In this document: in pieces, positions 46,481-56,357 of the stretch
Numbering within the stretch: the first letter of the stretch is position 1
Layout of the letters: each line of letters starts with the position of its first letter
NCBI GenBank assembly: GCA_964439835.1
Contig: CAYTPQ010000001.1
Coordinates: 84,120-148,119, forward strand
Length of the DNA: 64,000 nt
From: an uncultured Ectothiorhodospiraceae bacterium
GTDB taxonomy: Bacteria; Pseudomonadota; Gammaproteobacteria; JAABTG01
Reading direction: 5' to 3'
Position numbers and translations under genes: made by a program
The notes under the pieces: model-generated
Database searches by the model: none
Told to the model about the DNA's origin: nothing
What the model saw: the letters and a program-made list of their open reading frames with translations, nothing else

Positions 46481-46719
46481 CTGAAAACGGGGACATTCCG
46501 GCTCCTTGGAGCTGGGCGCGACCCCGGGGACACCCCGCACGGGTCGGCAACCCCGCGGAAAGCCGGGGCGCGGGGCCTTGGCCCCTGCCTTGCTGGATTC
46601 CGGCTTTCGCCGGAATGACGACGGGGAGGTGGTCGAGGACTCGTGTTGCTCCCGGGAGGATGCCGCAAGAGCACGACAGGACGCGGCCTGCGGGAAATGC
46701 AGAATGTCCCCGTTTTCTG
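46481..46719. mobile_element. MITE-like element (~240 bp) bounded by 17-18-bp terminal inverted repeats.
   Basis: Left TIR CTGAAAACGGGGACATTCCGG (46481-46500). The right end GCAGAATGTCCCCGTTTTCTG (46699-46719) is its reverse complement in 17 of 18 core positions. It sits in the divergent CHAT / CRTAC-like intergenic region. A third, solo copy lies at 29312-29336. Confidence 0.35.
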
Positions 46720-46811
46720 ATCCGCATCATCGGCGGACGGGCGCCGGCCGTGGATAGTGGGAGGGCACCGGCCGCACCTCCGATGTCGCCGCCTGCCGCG
46801 CGGCGAGGCCC

Positions 46812-49800
46812 GTGGATGCCAAGCCGATGAACGAGAGCGACGTTCCCGCCAGCCCCCGACCCCATCGCGGCGAGGCCGTGATCGGCCGGGCGTTCCGCTG
46901 GTCCCTGGCGATCTTCGCCGCGGCCGGCGTCGTCGTGGCCGCCGGCGTCTATCTCGCCCGCCGCGCGCCCCCTCCCCCGCCGTCCGTAGAGCAGGCCCCC
47001 GTGGCCGCCCCGCGGGAGGCGGCGGCGCCGGTCCGCGAGCCGCCGGCCCTGCCCTTCACCGACGTCACCCGCGAGGCCGGGATCGACTTCCGGCACGTGA
47101 GCGGCGCCCGCGGGGAGCGCCTGCTGCCCGAGACCATGGGCAGCGGCGCGGCCTTCTTCGACTACGACGGCGACGGCGACCCGGACCTCCTGCTGGTCAA
47201 CTCGGACGACTGGCCGGTCGAAGCGGCCGCATCGCCGGCCGGGGACGCTACCGGTGGCCCGGACCTGGCCGGAACCCCGCAACGTCTAGGGAACTCCGCC
47301 GAAGGCGATGTTGCCGCAGGAACCCCCGGAACGGCCGCGGACCGACCGGCGCCGGGGCCCACCGGGGTGTCCCAGGGCCCGGTGTCCCCGGGCGCCGTCG
47401 GCGGCAATGCACGCCACCCCACCCTCGCCCTCTACCGCAACGACACCGTTACGGGCGATAAGGGCGCGCCGGCGGTGAGCTTCACCGACGTCACCCGGGA
47501 GGCGGGGCTCGCCGTGAGCCTCTACGGCATGGGCGTCGCGACCGGCGACTACGACGGCGACGGGCACGTGGACGTCTTCGTCACCGCCGTTGGACCGAAC
47601 CGGCTGTTCCGCAACCAGGGCGACGGCACCTTCCGCGAGGTCACGGAGCAGGCGGGCGTCACCGGCGCGGCCGACGCCTGGAGCACGGGCGCCGCCTTCT
47701 TCGACTACGACGGCGACGGCGACCTGGATCTGTTCGTCGGCAACTACGTCCGCTGGTCGCGGGAGATCGACCTACAGGTCGACTTTCGTCTGACCGGGAT
47801 CGGCCGGGCCTACGGTCCCCCCTCCGCCTTCGAGGGGGCGCACCCCTACCTCTACCGCAACGAGGGCAACGGGACCTTCACCGACGTCTCCGCGGCAGCA
47901 GGGGTCCAGGTCGCCAACCCGGCGACTGGGCGACCCATGGCCAAGGCCCTCGGCGTCGCGCCGGTCGACCTGGACGGCGACGGTCGCATGGACCTCCTGG
48001 TCGCCAATGACACGGTCCAGAACTTCCTGCTCCGCAACCGCGGCGACGGCACCTTCGAGGAGATCGGCACCGCCGCGGGCGTCGCCTTCGACCGCGACGG
48101 CGCCGCCACCGGCGCGATGGGCATCGACACCGCGCGCTACCGCAACGACGAGGCCCTGGCGGTGGCGATCGGCAACTTCGCCAACGAGATGACCTCCTTC
48201 TACGTCACCCAGGGCGTGCCGGACCTGCTGGCCGACGAGGCGATCCAGGCGGGGATCGGCCCCGCCTCCCGGCAGGCCCTGACCTTCGGGCTCTTCTTCT
48301 TCGACGCGGACCTGGACGGGCAGATCGACCTGCTGCAGGCGAACGGCCACCTGGAGGCGGAGATCAATCAGGTGCAGCCGAGCCAGCACTACGCCCAGCC
48401 GGCCCAGCTGTTCTGGAACTGCGGCCCCGACTGCCCGGCGGCCTACGTACCGGTCCCCGCGCAGCAGATCGGAGACCTGGCGCGGCCGATGGTCGGGCGC
48501 GGGGCCACCTACGCGGACGTGGACGGCGACGGGGACCTGGACGTGCTGCTGACCGAGAACGGCGGCCTGCCCCGCCTGCTGCGCAACGACCAGGCGCTCG
48601 GCCACCACTGGCTGCGGGTGCGGCTCGTCGGCCGGGCCCCCAACCCGGACGCCATCGGGGCCCGGGTCGAGCTGACCGCGGGGGGCGTGACCCAGTACCG
48701 GCAGGTCGTGCCCGCGCGGAGCTACCTGTCCCAGGTGGAGCTGCCCGTCACCTTCGGCCTGGGGCAGTCGGCCGCGGTGGAGCGGCTGCGGGTGACCTGG
48801 CCCGACGGCAGCGCGGAGGACGTGCCGGTAGAGGGCATGGACCGGCTGGTCACGGTCCGGCAGACGGGGGCCGGGCCAGCGGCAACCGCCCTCCCCACCG
48901 GATCAGCCCCCGCGACGCCGACGGGGGGCAACCCCCCCACGGCGCTCGCCGCCGAGGCCCCGCCCGCGGCAGGATCTGTGGCGACACCCGGCCCGCCGGC
49001 CGCCGCCCCCGCCGCCACGCCACCGCCCACCGCCGAGGGCGGCGGGTTCGTCGAGATCGCCGAGGCGTCCGGCCTCGACTTCGTCCAGTTCAACGGCATG
49101 TCGGGGGAGTGGTACCTGGTCGAGAACCTGGGTGGGGGTGTGGCGCTCCTCGACTATGACGGGGACGGGGACCTGGACGTGTTCCTGGTCCAGGGCGAGA
49201 TGCTGGGGCCGAAGCCCCCGTCGGCCGCCCTCTTCCCGCCCCCGCCCGGCAAGCCGCCCGGCGCCCGGCTCTACCGCAATGACCTGACCGTGGCCCCGGA
49301 CGGGACACGCTCGCTGCGCTTCACCGACGTGACCGAGCAGAGCGGGATCCGCGATACCGGTTACGGCATGGGCGTCGCCGCAGCCGACTACGACAACGAC
49401 GGCGACGTCGACCTGTACCTGGCCAACCTCGGCCCCAACCAGCTCTGGCGCAACAACGGCGACGGCACCTTCACGAACGTGACCCAGCCGGCGGGCGTCG
49501 GCGAGCCGCGGCTCTCGGTCAGCGCCGCCTTCCTCGACTACGACCGCGACGGCCGGCTCGACCTCTTCGTCGGGAACTACGTGGACTTCAGCCCCGACAA
49601 CAACCGGCCCTGTTACGCGCCCTGGAGCGCCCGGGACTACTGCTCGCCGAAGGTCTACCGGGCCCTGCCCGACACCCTCTACCGCAACCGCGGCGACGGC
49701 ACCTTCGAGGACGTCAGCGTGAAGACCCGCGTCGCCCAGGAGGCGGGGACCGCGCTCGGCGTGGTGGCCGCGGACTTCAACGGCGACGGCTGGGCCGACG

Positions 49801-50708
49801 TCTACGTGGCCAACGACGGCATGGCCAACCACCTGTGGATGAACCAGAAGGACGGCACCTTCGTCAACGACGCGCTCCTCGCGGGCGCGGCCGTCAACCG
49901 GGAAGGCATGGCCGAGGCCAGCATGGGCGTCGACGCCGGCGACGTGGACGGCGACGGCGACGAGGACCTGTTCATGACCCACCTGGCGGGGGAGACCAAC
50001 ACCCTCTACCTGAACAACGGCGAGGGCTGGTTCGAGGACCGCTCGGTGCAGAGCGGCCTGGCGGGGCCGAGCAAGGCCTACACCTCGTTCGGAACGGCCT
50101 TCTTCGACTACGACAACGACGGCGACCTGGATCTGTTCGTCGCCAGCGGGGCGGTCAACATCATCCAGACCCAGGCCGAGGCCGGCGACCCCTACCCCCT
50201 GCGTCAGCCGAAGCAGCTGTACGAGAACGAGGGCGAGGGGCGCTTCCGGGACGTCTCCGCCGAGGCCGGCGCCGCCCTGCAGGTACCCGAGGTGAGCCGG
50301 GGGGTGGCCTTCGGCGACCTGGACAACGACGGCGACACCGACCTGGTGGTGGCCAACAACAACGGGCCGGTACGCCTGCTGGAGAACCGGCTCGGCACCC
50401 GGAACCACTGGCTCGGCCTGCGGCTCATCGGCCGCGAGGGCCGCGACGCCGTCGGCGCCCGGGTCGCTGTCGAGCGTGCGGGCCAACCGACCCTCTGGCG
50501 CCGCGTCCGCGCCGACGGCAGCTACGCCGCCGCCAACGACCCGCGCGTGCTGGTGGGCCTGGGCCAGGGGGGCGAGGTCGGGCAGGTCCGGGTCCACTGG
50601 CCGGACGGCACGGTCGAGTCATTCGCGGGTCTGCTCGCCGACCGCTACCACACGGTCAGGCAAGGGTCCGGGCGCCCAGCGGAGCAGGAACAACCGCAGA
50701 GACACTGA
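46812..50708 (+). CDS. CRTAC1-like protein with two tandem FG-GAP/VCBS beta-propeller plus ASPIC/UnbV modules.
   Basis: 1298 aa. Repeated FxDVTxEAG...GMGVAxGDYDGDG.DLFV and LYRNxGDGTF motifs. Two UnbV/ASPIC-like blocks: RVELTAGGVTQYRQV...VTWPDGS and RVAVERAGQPTLWRRV...VHWPDGT. Confidence 0.8.
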   Translation: MDAKPMNESDVPASPRPHRGEAVIGRAFRWSLAIFAAAGVVVAAGVYLARRAPPPPPSVEQAPVAAPREAAAPVREPPALPFTDVTREAGIDFRHVSGARGERLLPETMGSGAAFFDYDGDGDPDLLLVNSDDWPVEAAASPAGDATGGPDLAGTPQRLGNSAEGDVAAGTPGTAADRPAPGPTGVSQGPVSPGAVGGNARHPTLALYRNDTVTGDKGAPAVSFTDVTREAGLAVSLYGMGVATGDYDGDGHVDVFVTAVGPNRLFRNQGDGTFREVTEQAGVTGAADAWSTGAAFFDYDGDGDLDLFVGNYVRWSREIDLQVDFRLTGIGRAYGPPSAFEGAHPYLYRNEGNGTFTDVSAAAGVQVANPATGRPMAKALGVAPVDLDGDGRMDLLVANDTVQNFLLRNRGDGTFEEIGTAAGVAFDRDGAATGAMGIDTARYRNDEALAVAIGNFANEMTSFYVTQGVPDLLADEAIQAGIGPASRQALTFGLFFFDADLDGQIDLLQANGHLEAEINQVQPSQHYAQPAQLFWNCGPDCPAAYVPVPAQQIGDLARPMVGRGATYADVDGDGDLDVLLTENGGLPRLLRNDQALGHHWLRVRLVGRAPNPDAIGARVELTAGGVTQYRQVVPARSYLSQVELPVTFGLGQSAAVERLRVTWPDGSAEDVPVEGMDRLVTVRQTGAGPAATALPTGSAPATPTGGNPPTALAAEAPPAAGSVATPGPPAAAPAATPPPTAEGGGFVEIAEASGLDFVQFNGMSGEWYLVENLGGGVALLDYDGDGDLDVFLVQGEMLGPKPPSAALFPPPPGKPPGARLYRNDLTVAPDGTRSLRFTDVTEQSGIRDTGYGMGVAAADYDNDGDVDLYLANLGPNQLWRNNGDGTFTNVTQPAGVGEPRLSVSAAFLDYDRDGRLDLFVGNYVDFSPDNNRPCYAPWSARDYCSPKVYRALPDTLYRNRGDGTFEDVSVKTRVAQEAGTALGVVAADFNGDGWADVYVANDGMANHLWMNQKDGTFVNDALLAGAAVNREGMAEASMGVDAGDVDGDGDEDLFMTHLAGETNTLYLNNGEGWFEDRSVQSGLAGPSKAYTSFGTAFFDYDNDGDLDLFVASGAVNIIQTQAEAGDPYPLRQPKQLYENEGEGRFRDVSAEAGAALQVPEVSRGVAFGDLDNDGDTDLVVANNNGPVRLLENRLGTRNHWLGLRLIGREGRDAVGARVAVERAGQPTLWRRVRADGSYAAANDPRVLVGLGQGGEVGQVRVHWPDGTVESFAGLLADRYHTVRQGSGRPAEQEQPQRH

Positions 50709-50716
50709 GGCGCAGA

Positions 50717-52444
50717 GTGATTAACGACCATTCAACCACCTCGGCGCCTCTGCGCCTCTGCGGTAATTCCCGACCGACGCGCGGCCATCGGCTGATTGCG
50801 GCGCTCTTGGTGCTCGCGGCCCTCGCCGCGGGCGCCGCCGAGGACCCGCTGAGGGTGCCGTCGGTGTGGCGAGGGGTCGCGCTGCAGGCGATCCCCGACC
50901 CCGACCTCTCCCAGGCGGAGCCGGCCGTGCAGCAAACCCTGCGGGAGGCGCGGGAGAACCTGGTGAAGAGCTTGCAGGCACCGGACATCACCGCCGGCCA
51001 GCTGGCCGACGCCTTCGGCGCCACCTGCGGCTTCTACCTGGTCTACCGGCTGTGGGAGCCCGCCGGGCCCTGCTACGCCAACGCCGAGGCGCTCGCCCCC
51101 GGCGACTACCGCTGGCCCTACTACCTGGGGTACCGGCACGAGCAGGACGGCCACCCCGAGCAGGCCGCGGCAGCCTTCGAGCGGAGCCTGGCCCTGCGCC
51201 CGGACTACGCCCCCGCGCGCGTGCGACTCGCCCGCGCCTACCTGGAGCTGGGCCGCGCCGGCGAGGCCGAGCCCATGCTGCAAGACGCACTCGGCGACCC
51301 CGGACTGCGGGGGCCCGCCCGCTTCGCCCTCGGGCGCGCGGCCCTGGCCCGCAACGACCACGCGGCGGCGGCCCGCGAGCTGGAGGCGGTCCTGACCGAG
51401 CAGCCTGAGGCCTCGCGGGTCCGCTACCCGCTCGCCATGGCCTACCGCGGCCTCGGCCGGGTCGAGGATGCCCGGGCCCAGCTCGCCCAGCGCGGGGAGG
51501 GCGAGCCCCGCTTCGTCGACCCGCTGCTCGACGAGCTCCAGGGGCTCCTCACCGGAACGCGCACGCTCTTCTACCGGGGCATCGAAGCGGTCCGCAACGG
51601 CCACTTCGACGCGGCGGTGGCCGCCTTCGCCGAGGGGCTCGGCCGCGAGCCGGGCAACGTCAACGCCCGGGTGACGCTGGCGCGGGCGCGCTACCTGACG
51701 GGCGACCGGGACCGCGCTCGGCGCGAGCTGGACGAGGCGCTGGCGCGCCAGCCGGACCACGACCTCGGGCTGTTTCTGCGCGGCGTGCTGGCCGAAGAGG
51801 ACGGCAACCCAGAGGAGGCCGCGAGGTTCTACGAAAGGGCGCTCGCCGCCGCACCGGAGCACCCGGGGGCCAGCCAGTACCTGGGCAACGCCCGCATGCG
51901 TGCCGGCCGCTACGAGGAGGCCGCCAAACTCTACGCCACCGCCTGGCGCGACGACCTCAAGAACATGACGGCGCGCCTGTACGAAGCCCTCGCCCTGACC
52001 CTGGCGGGCCACGACCGCACCGCCCGCGAGCGGCTCGAGCGCGCCGTCGCCGACGTGCCGGACGACCCGATGCCGCGCCTGGGTCTAGCGCGGCTGCTCG
52101 CGGCGAGCCGCGACGACACCGTCCGCGACGGCGCCCGGGCCCTGCCCCTCGCTCAGGCCCTGTTCGACGGCTTCCCCAGCCTGGAGCACGCCGAGACCCT
52201 GGCCATGGCCCTGGCCGAGGTCGGCCGGCTGGAGGACGCGGCCTCCCTCCAGGAGAATGCAGTCCAGGCGGTGGTGGCCGCCGGCCGCTTCGATGCCCTG
52301 CCGCGGGTCCAGGCGGCCCTTGAGCGCTATCGACAAGGCCAGCCCGCCCGGCAACCCTGGTCCGCCTCCGAGCCGATGCTCTACCCACCGCCCGGCCAGG
52401 CGCGCGGACCGTTCCTGCAGTACCCCACCTTGTCGGCCTACTGA
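50717..52444 (+). CDS. Secreted TPR-repeat protein.
   Basis: GTG start 9 nt after the upstream stop. Hydrophobic signal-like segment LIAALLVLAALAAGAA. Multiple TPR-like helical repeats (AYLELGRAGEAEPMLQDAL...). Confidence 0.7.
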   Translation: MINDHSTTSAPLRLCGNSRPTRGHRLIAALLVLAALAAGAAEDPLRVPSVWRGVALQAIPDPDLSQAEPAVQQTLREARENLVKSLQAPDITAGQLADAFGATCGFYLVYRLWEPAGPCYANAEALAPGDYRWPYYLGYRHEQDGHPEQAAAAFERSLALRPDYAPARVRLARAYLELGRAGEAEPMLQDALGDPGLRGPARFALGRAALARNDHAAAARELEAVLTEQPEASRVRYPLAMAYRGLGRVEDARAQLAQRGEGEPRFVDPLLDELQGLLTGTRTLFYRGIEAVRNGHFDAAVAAFAEGLGREPGNVNARVTLARARYLTGDRDRARRELDEALARQPDHDLGLFLRGVLAEEDGNPEEAARFYERALAAAPEHPGASQYLGNARMRAGRYEEAAKLYATAWRDDLKNMTARLYEALALTLAGHDRTARERLERAVADVPDDPMPRLGLARLLAASRDDTVRDGARALPLAQALFDGFPSLEHAETLAMALAEVGRLEDAASLQENAVQAVVAAGRFDALPRVQAALERYRQGQPARQPWSASEPMLYPPPGQARGPFLQYPTLSAY

Positions 52445-52516
52445 GACGTTCGGGGTGCTTGGGCGGATGCCCGGGCGCCCCCCAGCCGGCAACACCCACC
52501 CACCAGGACCCCGTCG

Positions 52517-55500
52517 ATGACCCCACGACACCGCCACGCCCGCCCGCCCCTCGTCCTGCTGCTCGCAGCGCTGGCGGGGCTGACCGCAGGCCCCCCGGCC
52601 CTCGCCCGTCCCGTCGCCATGACCGACCCGGCCGGCGAGACGGTGGCGCCCCTGCCGGCCGAGGCCATCGGCGCCAACAACCGGGGCGTGGGGCTGATGG
52701 GGCGTTTCGAGTACGGCCCCGCGTGGGAGGTCTTCGCCGGTCTGGTCCAGGCACACCCCGAGTGGCTCCAGGGGCGGGTGAACCTGGCCATCGCAACCCT
52801 GAACCGCCAGCTCGACGGCGACGAGAAGGCCGCCCTGGCCCTGGTGGACGAGGTCCTGACCCGTGACCCGGCGCACCTGCGGGCCCACTACGTGGCCGGG
52901 CTGCTGCGCCTGTACCTGGCGAGTCCCGCCGAGGCGCTGCCGCACTTCCACAAGGTCGCCGAGGCCGACCCGAACGACGCCTACGCCGCCTACTACATGG
53001 GCCAGACGCTGGCCCAGCTCGGTCGCCCGGCCGAGGCCCTGCCGGCCTTCCGGCTCGCGATGCGACTCGACCCCTATCTGCGCAGCGCCTACTACGGCGC
53101 CTTCCAGGCCCTGCAGCGGTTGGGGGAGCGGGAGGAGGCGCGGCGCCTCGCGGAGGAGTACCAGCGCCTGGCGGCCAACCCGCGGGCCCGACTGGCGGAG
53201 TTCAAGTACACGCGCATGGGGCCCAAGGCTGAAGCCCTCGCCGTCGATGCCCCTCCCAAACCACCGACAGCCCCCTTGCCCCTGGGGCCGGTGTTCGCCC
53301 CGACGCAGCCCCTCGCCGCCGCCGGCCTGCCGGGCCTCGCCTTCCGCCCGGACCAGCCGGCCGGTGTCACGGCGACCGACCTGAACGGCGACGGGCGTCT
53401 CGACCTCTTCGTCGCCGGCGCCGTGGCCGGCGAGCCCGCCCGCAACCTGGTGCTGATGGCAGCCCCGGACGGGGGCTTCACCGCGGACCTCGCCCACCCG
53501 CTGGCGGCGATCACCGACGTGCGGGCGGCGGCCTGGGGCGACGTGGACAACGACGGCCGGGTGGACGTCTACCTGGCCCGCCGCGGCCCCAACCAGCTCT
53601 GGCGCCAGGACTCCCCCGGGGAGTGGCGGGACGTCACCGCCGAGAGCGGCACCGATGGCGGGGCCCGCGACAGCGCGGACGCGGCCCTGCTCGACGCCGA
53701 CCACGACGGCGACCTGGACGTCTTCGTGGTCAACGCCGACGGCGCGAACGAGCTCTTCAGCAACAACGGCAACGGCACCTTCCGCCCGATCGCCGCCGCC
53801 CAGGGGATTGCGGGCCCCGGCCGTGGCGCGCGCACGGTGGTGGCGGTGGATCTGGACCGCGACCGCGACGTGGACCTTATCGTGCTGAATCGCGAGCCGC
53901 CCCACGAGGCGTACCTGAACGACCGGCTCTGGAGCTACCGCCCGGCCCCGGGCTTCGAGGCCTTCTCCGCCACGCCGGCGCTCACCGCCCTGGCGGCGGA
54001 CATGGACGCGGACGGCTTCGCAGAGATCTACGCGGTGGACCCCGCGGGCCCGGTGCGGCGCTGGCTGCGGGCGGGCGACGGGACCTGGCGCGGGGAGGTC
54101 CTGACCCGGCTCGACGACGAGGCCCCCTGGGCCCAACTCGCCGTGCTCGACGCGGACGGGGACGGCCGGCTGGAGCTCCTGCTGGCCCGCCCGGAGGGCT
54201 GGCGGCTCATCGGGGCGAGCGGCAAGGTCCTGGCCGAGACCCTCGTCCCCGAGGAGAGCCCCCTCGCGGGCGCCCTGGTCTGGCCGGCGGAACCGGCCCG
54301 CGGGCCCTCCGTCCTCGCCCTGGGCGGGCCGGTCCCGCTCACCGTGGCGAGCCCCGGGACCGGCCGGTACCCGTTCCTGGCGCTGACCCTGTCGGGGGCC
54401 ACCGACCCCGCCAACGCCATGCGCTCGAACGCCTCCGGGATCGGGGCCCGGCTCGCCGTGCGGGTCGACAGCCGGTGGACGGTGATCCAGGGCCACCGGA
54501 GTCACTCCGGGCCGGGCCAGGGCCTGACCCCCGTCACCGTCGGCCTGGGGCCTGAGGGTCGGGCCGATTTCGTCGCCATCGAGTGGTCCGAAGGGGTGTT
54601 CCAGAGTGAGATCGATCTGGGCCCCGGCAGCGTCCACCGGATTGTCGAGACCCAGCGCCAGCTCTCCAGCTGCCCGGTGCTGTTCGGCTGGGACGGCAAG
54701 GGGTACGCCTTCGTCACCGACTTCCTCGGCGTGGGCGGCCTCGGCTACGCGGTCGGGCCGGGGGAGTACGCCGAGCCGCGGCCCTGGGAGAACCTGCTGC
54801 TACCGCCGGGGCTGCTGCAGCCACGCGAGGGCCGCTACGCCTTGAAGCTCACCGAGCCCATGGAGGAGACGGGCTACCTCGACCAGATCCGCCTGGTGGC
54901 CTACGACCTGCCGCCCGGGTGGGACCTGGTGCTCGACGAGCGCATGGGCACCGGCGGCCCGGTCCCGACCGGCCAGCCGCGGTACTACCGGCGGGAGCTG
55001 CTACCCAGCGAGGCCAGGAACGGCCGCGGCGAGGACGTCACGGCCACGGTCCGCGCCGCCGACGGGGCCGCCGCGCCCCTGGGGCCGCGGGACCGGCGCT
55101 TCGTCGGCCGCCTGGAGACCGAGGAGGTCCTGACTCTGCGCTTTGACCGGCCGCTGAACGGTGGTCCGGGCGCGCCGGTGCTGGTCGCCGACGGCTGGGT
55201 CGAGTACCCCTACTCCCAGACCTCGTTCGCCGCCTGGCAGGCGGGTGCCACGTTCGACCCCCCGACCCTGGAAGCGCGGGGTGCCGATGGCGCCTGGGTG
55301 ACCGTGGCCCGGCAGTTCGGGTACCCGGCCGGGATGCCCCGGCGGATGTCGCTGCCGCTGAACGGCCTTCCGGCTGGCACGACGCAGCTCCGCCTGCGCG
55401 GCAACCTGGAGGTGTACTGGGACCGGTTGGCGGTGGCGTTCGCGGAGGAGCCGCCGGCGGTCCGGCAGCACGCGCTGCCGCTGGTCGCGACCCGGCTGGC

Positions 55501-55891
55501 AACCACCGGCTTCCCGCTGCGCACCGACGGACCGCAGCATCGGCCGGACTACGACTACGCCCGCCGTTCGCCCTTCTGGGACGCCCGCTACCTGGAGGGC
55601 CTCTACACCCGGCCGGGTCCGGTCGACGAGCTCCTGGCGGAGCACGACGACGCGCTGGTAGTGCTGGGGTCGGGCGAAGAGGTCCACGCGGAGTTCGCGG
55701 CGCCCGCTGAGGCCCCACCCTCGGACTGGACCCGGCGCCTGGTTCTGGAGACCCGCGGCTGGACCAAGGACATGGATCTCTACACCAGGGACGGCGAGAC
55801 GGTGGGTCCACTGCCCTCCAGCGGCCAGGCGGGCGACGGCCGGGAGCGGCTGCACGCCGTCTACAACATTCGCTACCTGGGAGGCTACTGA
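52517..55891 (+). CDS. Secreted N-terminal TPR region fused to FG-GAP/VCBS repeats and an ASPIC/UnbV domain.
   Basis: Signal peptide. TPR repeats over the first ~230 aa. FG-GAP-like DLNGDGRLDLFVAG, WGDVDNDGRVDVYL, DADHDGDLDVFVVN. UnbV-like block RLAVRVDSRWTVIQGHRS. Confidence 0.8.
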   Translation: MTPRHRHARPPLVLLLAALAGLTAGPPALARPVAMTDPAGETVAPLPAEAIGANNRGVGLMGRFEYGPAWEVFAGLVQAHPEWLQGRVNLAIATLNRQLDGDEKAALALVDEVLTRDPAHLRAHYVAGLLRLYLASPAEALPHFHKVAEADPNDAYAAYYMGQTLAQLGRPAEALPAFRLAMRLDPYLRSAYYGAFQALQRLGEREEARRLAEEYQRLAANPRARLAEFKYTRMGPKAEALAVDAPPKPPTAPLPLGPVFAPTQPLAAAGLPGLAFRPDQPAGVTATDLNGDGRLDLFVAGAVAGEPARNLVLMAAPDGGFTADLAHPLAAITDVRAAAWGDVDNDGRVDVYLARRGPNQLWRQDSPGEWRDVTAESGTDGGARDSADAALLDADHDGDLDVFVVNADGANELFSNNGNGTFRPIAAAQGIAGPGRGARTVVAVDLDRDRDVDLIVLNREPPHEAYLNDRLWSYRPAPGFEAFSATPALTALAADMDADGFAEIYAVDPAGPVRRWLRAGDGTWRGEVLTRLDDEAPWAQLAVLDADGDGRLELLLARPEGWRLIGASGKVLAETLVPEESPLAGALVWPAEPARGPSVLALGGPVPLTVASPGTGRYPFLALTLSGATDPANAMRSNASGIGARLAVRVDSRWTVIQGHRSHSGPGQGLTPVTVGLGPEGRADFVAIEWSEGVFQSEIDLGPGSVHRIVETQRQLSSCPVLFGWDGKGYAFVTDFLGVGGLGYAVGPGEYAEPRPWENLLLPPGLLQPREGRYALKLTEPMEETGYLDQIRLVAYDLPPGWDLVLDERMGTGGPVPTGQPRYYRRELLPSEARNGRGEDVTATVRAADGAAAPLGPRDRRFVGRLETEEVLTLRFDRPLNGGPGAPVLVADGWVEYPYSQTSFAAWQAGATFDPPTLEARGADGAWVTVARQFGYPAGMPRRMSLPLNGLPAGTTQLRLRGNLEVYWDRLAVAFAEEPPAVRQHALPLVATRLATTGFPLRTDGPQHRPDYDYARRSPFWDARYLEGLYTRPGPVDELLAEHDDALVVLGSGEEVHAEFAAPAEAPPSDWTRRLVLETRGWTKDMDLYTRDGETVGPLPSSGQAGDGRERLHAVYNIRYLGGY

Positions 55892-55981
55892 GCCATTCCA
55901 AGGGGCGGTTGCCATCGGCATCGAGCAGGTCCCCCGAAGGGGAAAGAAAGCTGTGCAGCCCGCAAGCAAAGCCGAGGCAAC

Positions 55982-56039
55982 AAAAAAGGGGTGAGGAGAC
56001 TCACCCCTTTCATTGCCCACCCCCCCGCGCGGGGGGTGG
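55982..56039. terminator. Two tandem GC-rich hairpins: a rho-independent-type terminator for the minus-strand Gly/Tyr-rich gene, and a possible bidirectional stop for the upstream plus-strand gene.
   Basis: Hairpin 1 at 55982-56014: stem GGGGTGAG / CTCACCCC, flanked on the minus strand by a T6 run. Hairpin 2 at 56017-56039: CCACCCCCC-GCGC-GGGGGGTGG. Confidence 0.55.
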
Positions 56040-56048
56040 CGAACGTAG

Positions 56049-56357
56049 CTACTTCTTCTCGGAGGAAGACGAAGCCGCAGGCGCTACGACCACCGGCGCC
56101 GCATAGTACGGGTAGCCGCCCCAGCCGTAGCCCGGATAACCGCCCCAGCCGTAGCCCGGATAGCCGCCCCAGCCGTAGCCGGGGTACCCACCCCAGCCGT
56201 ATGGGTAACCATAGCCGCCATAGTACGGGTAGCCGCCGTACCAGGGGCCACCGCCCCACCAGGGGCCACCGCCCCAGAAGGCACTCGCCGAAGTCGCCGC
56301 CAGCCCGGTGGCTCCCACCACCAGCGCCGCCGCCAGCACACGAGACATCTTGGTCAT
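56049..56357 (-). CDS. Small secreted Gly/Tyr/Trp-rich repeat protein, sulfur-globule-protein (Sgp)-like.
   Basis: RBS GGAGAG. Signal peptide MTKMSRVLAAALVVGATGLAATSASA. The mature part is almost entirely GGYPGYGWGGYP repeats, ending in a Ser/Lys tail. Followed by a strong terminator. Confidence 0.55.
   Translation of the reverse strand: MTKMSRVLAAALVVGATGLAATSASAFWGGGPWWGGGPWYGGYPYYGGYGYPYGWGGYPGYGWGGYPGYGWGGYPGYGWGGYPYYAAPVVVAPAASSSSEKK

Noticed and set aside
46506-46757. Plus-strand ORF 46506-46757 and minus-strand ORF 46452-47282 starting MSPFS..., similar to the cyclase N-terminus MSPLS.
   Set aside because: The similarity comes from the shared 17-bp repeat (terminal inverted repeat of the MITE-like element), not homologous proteins. 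The ORFs are low-complexity with no RBS.
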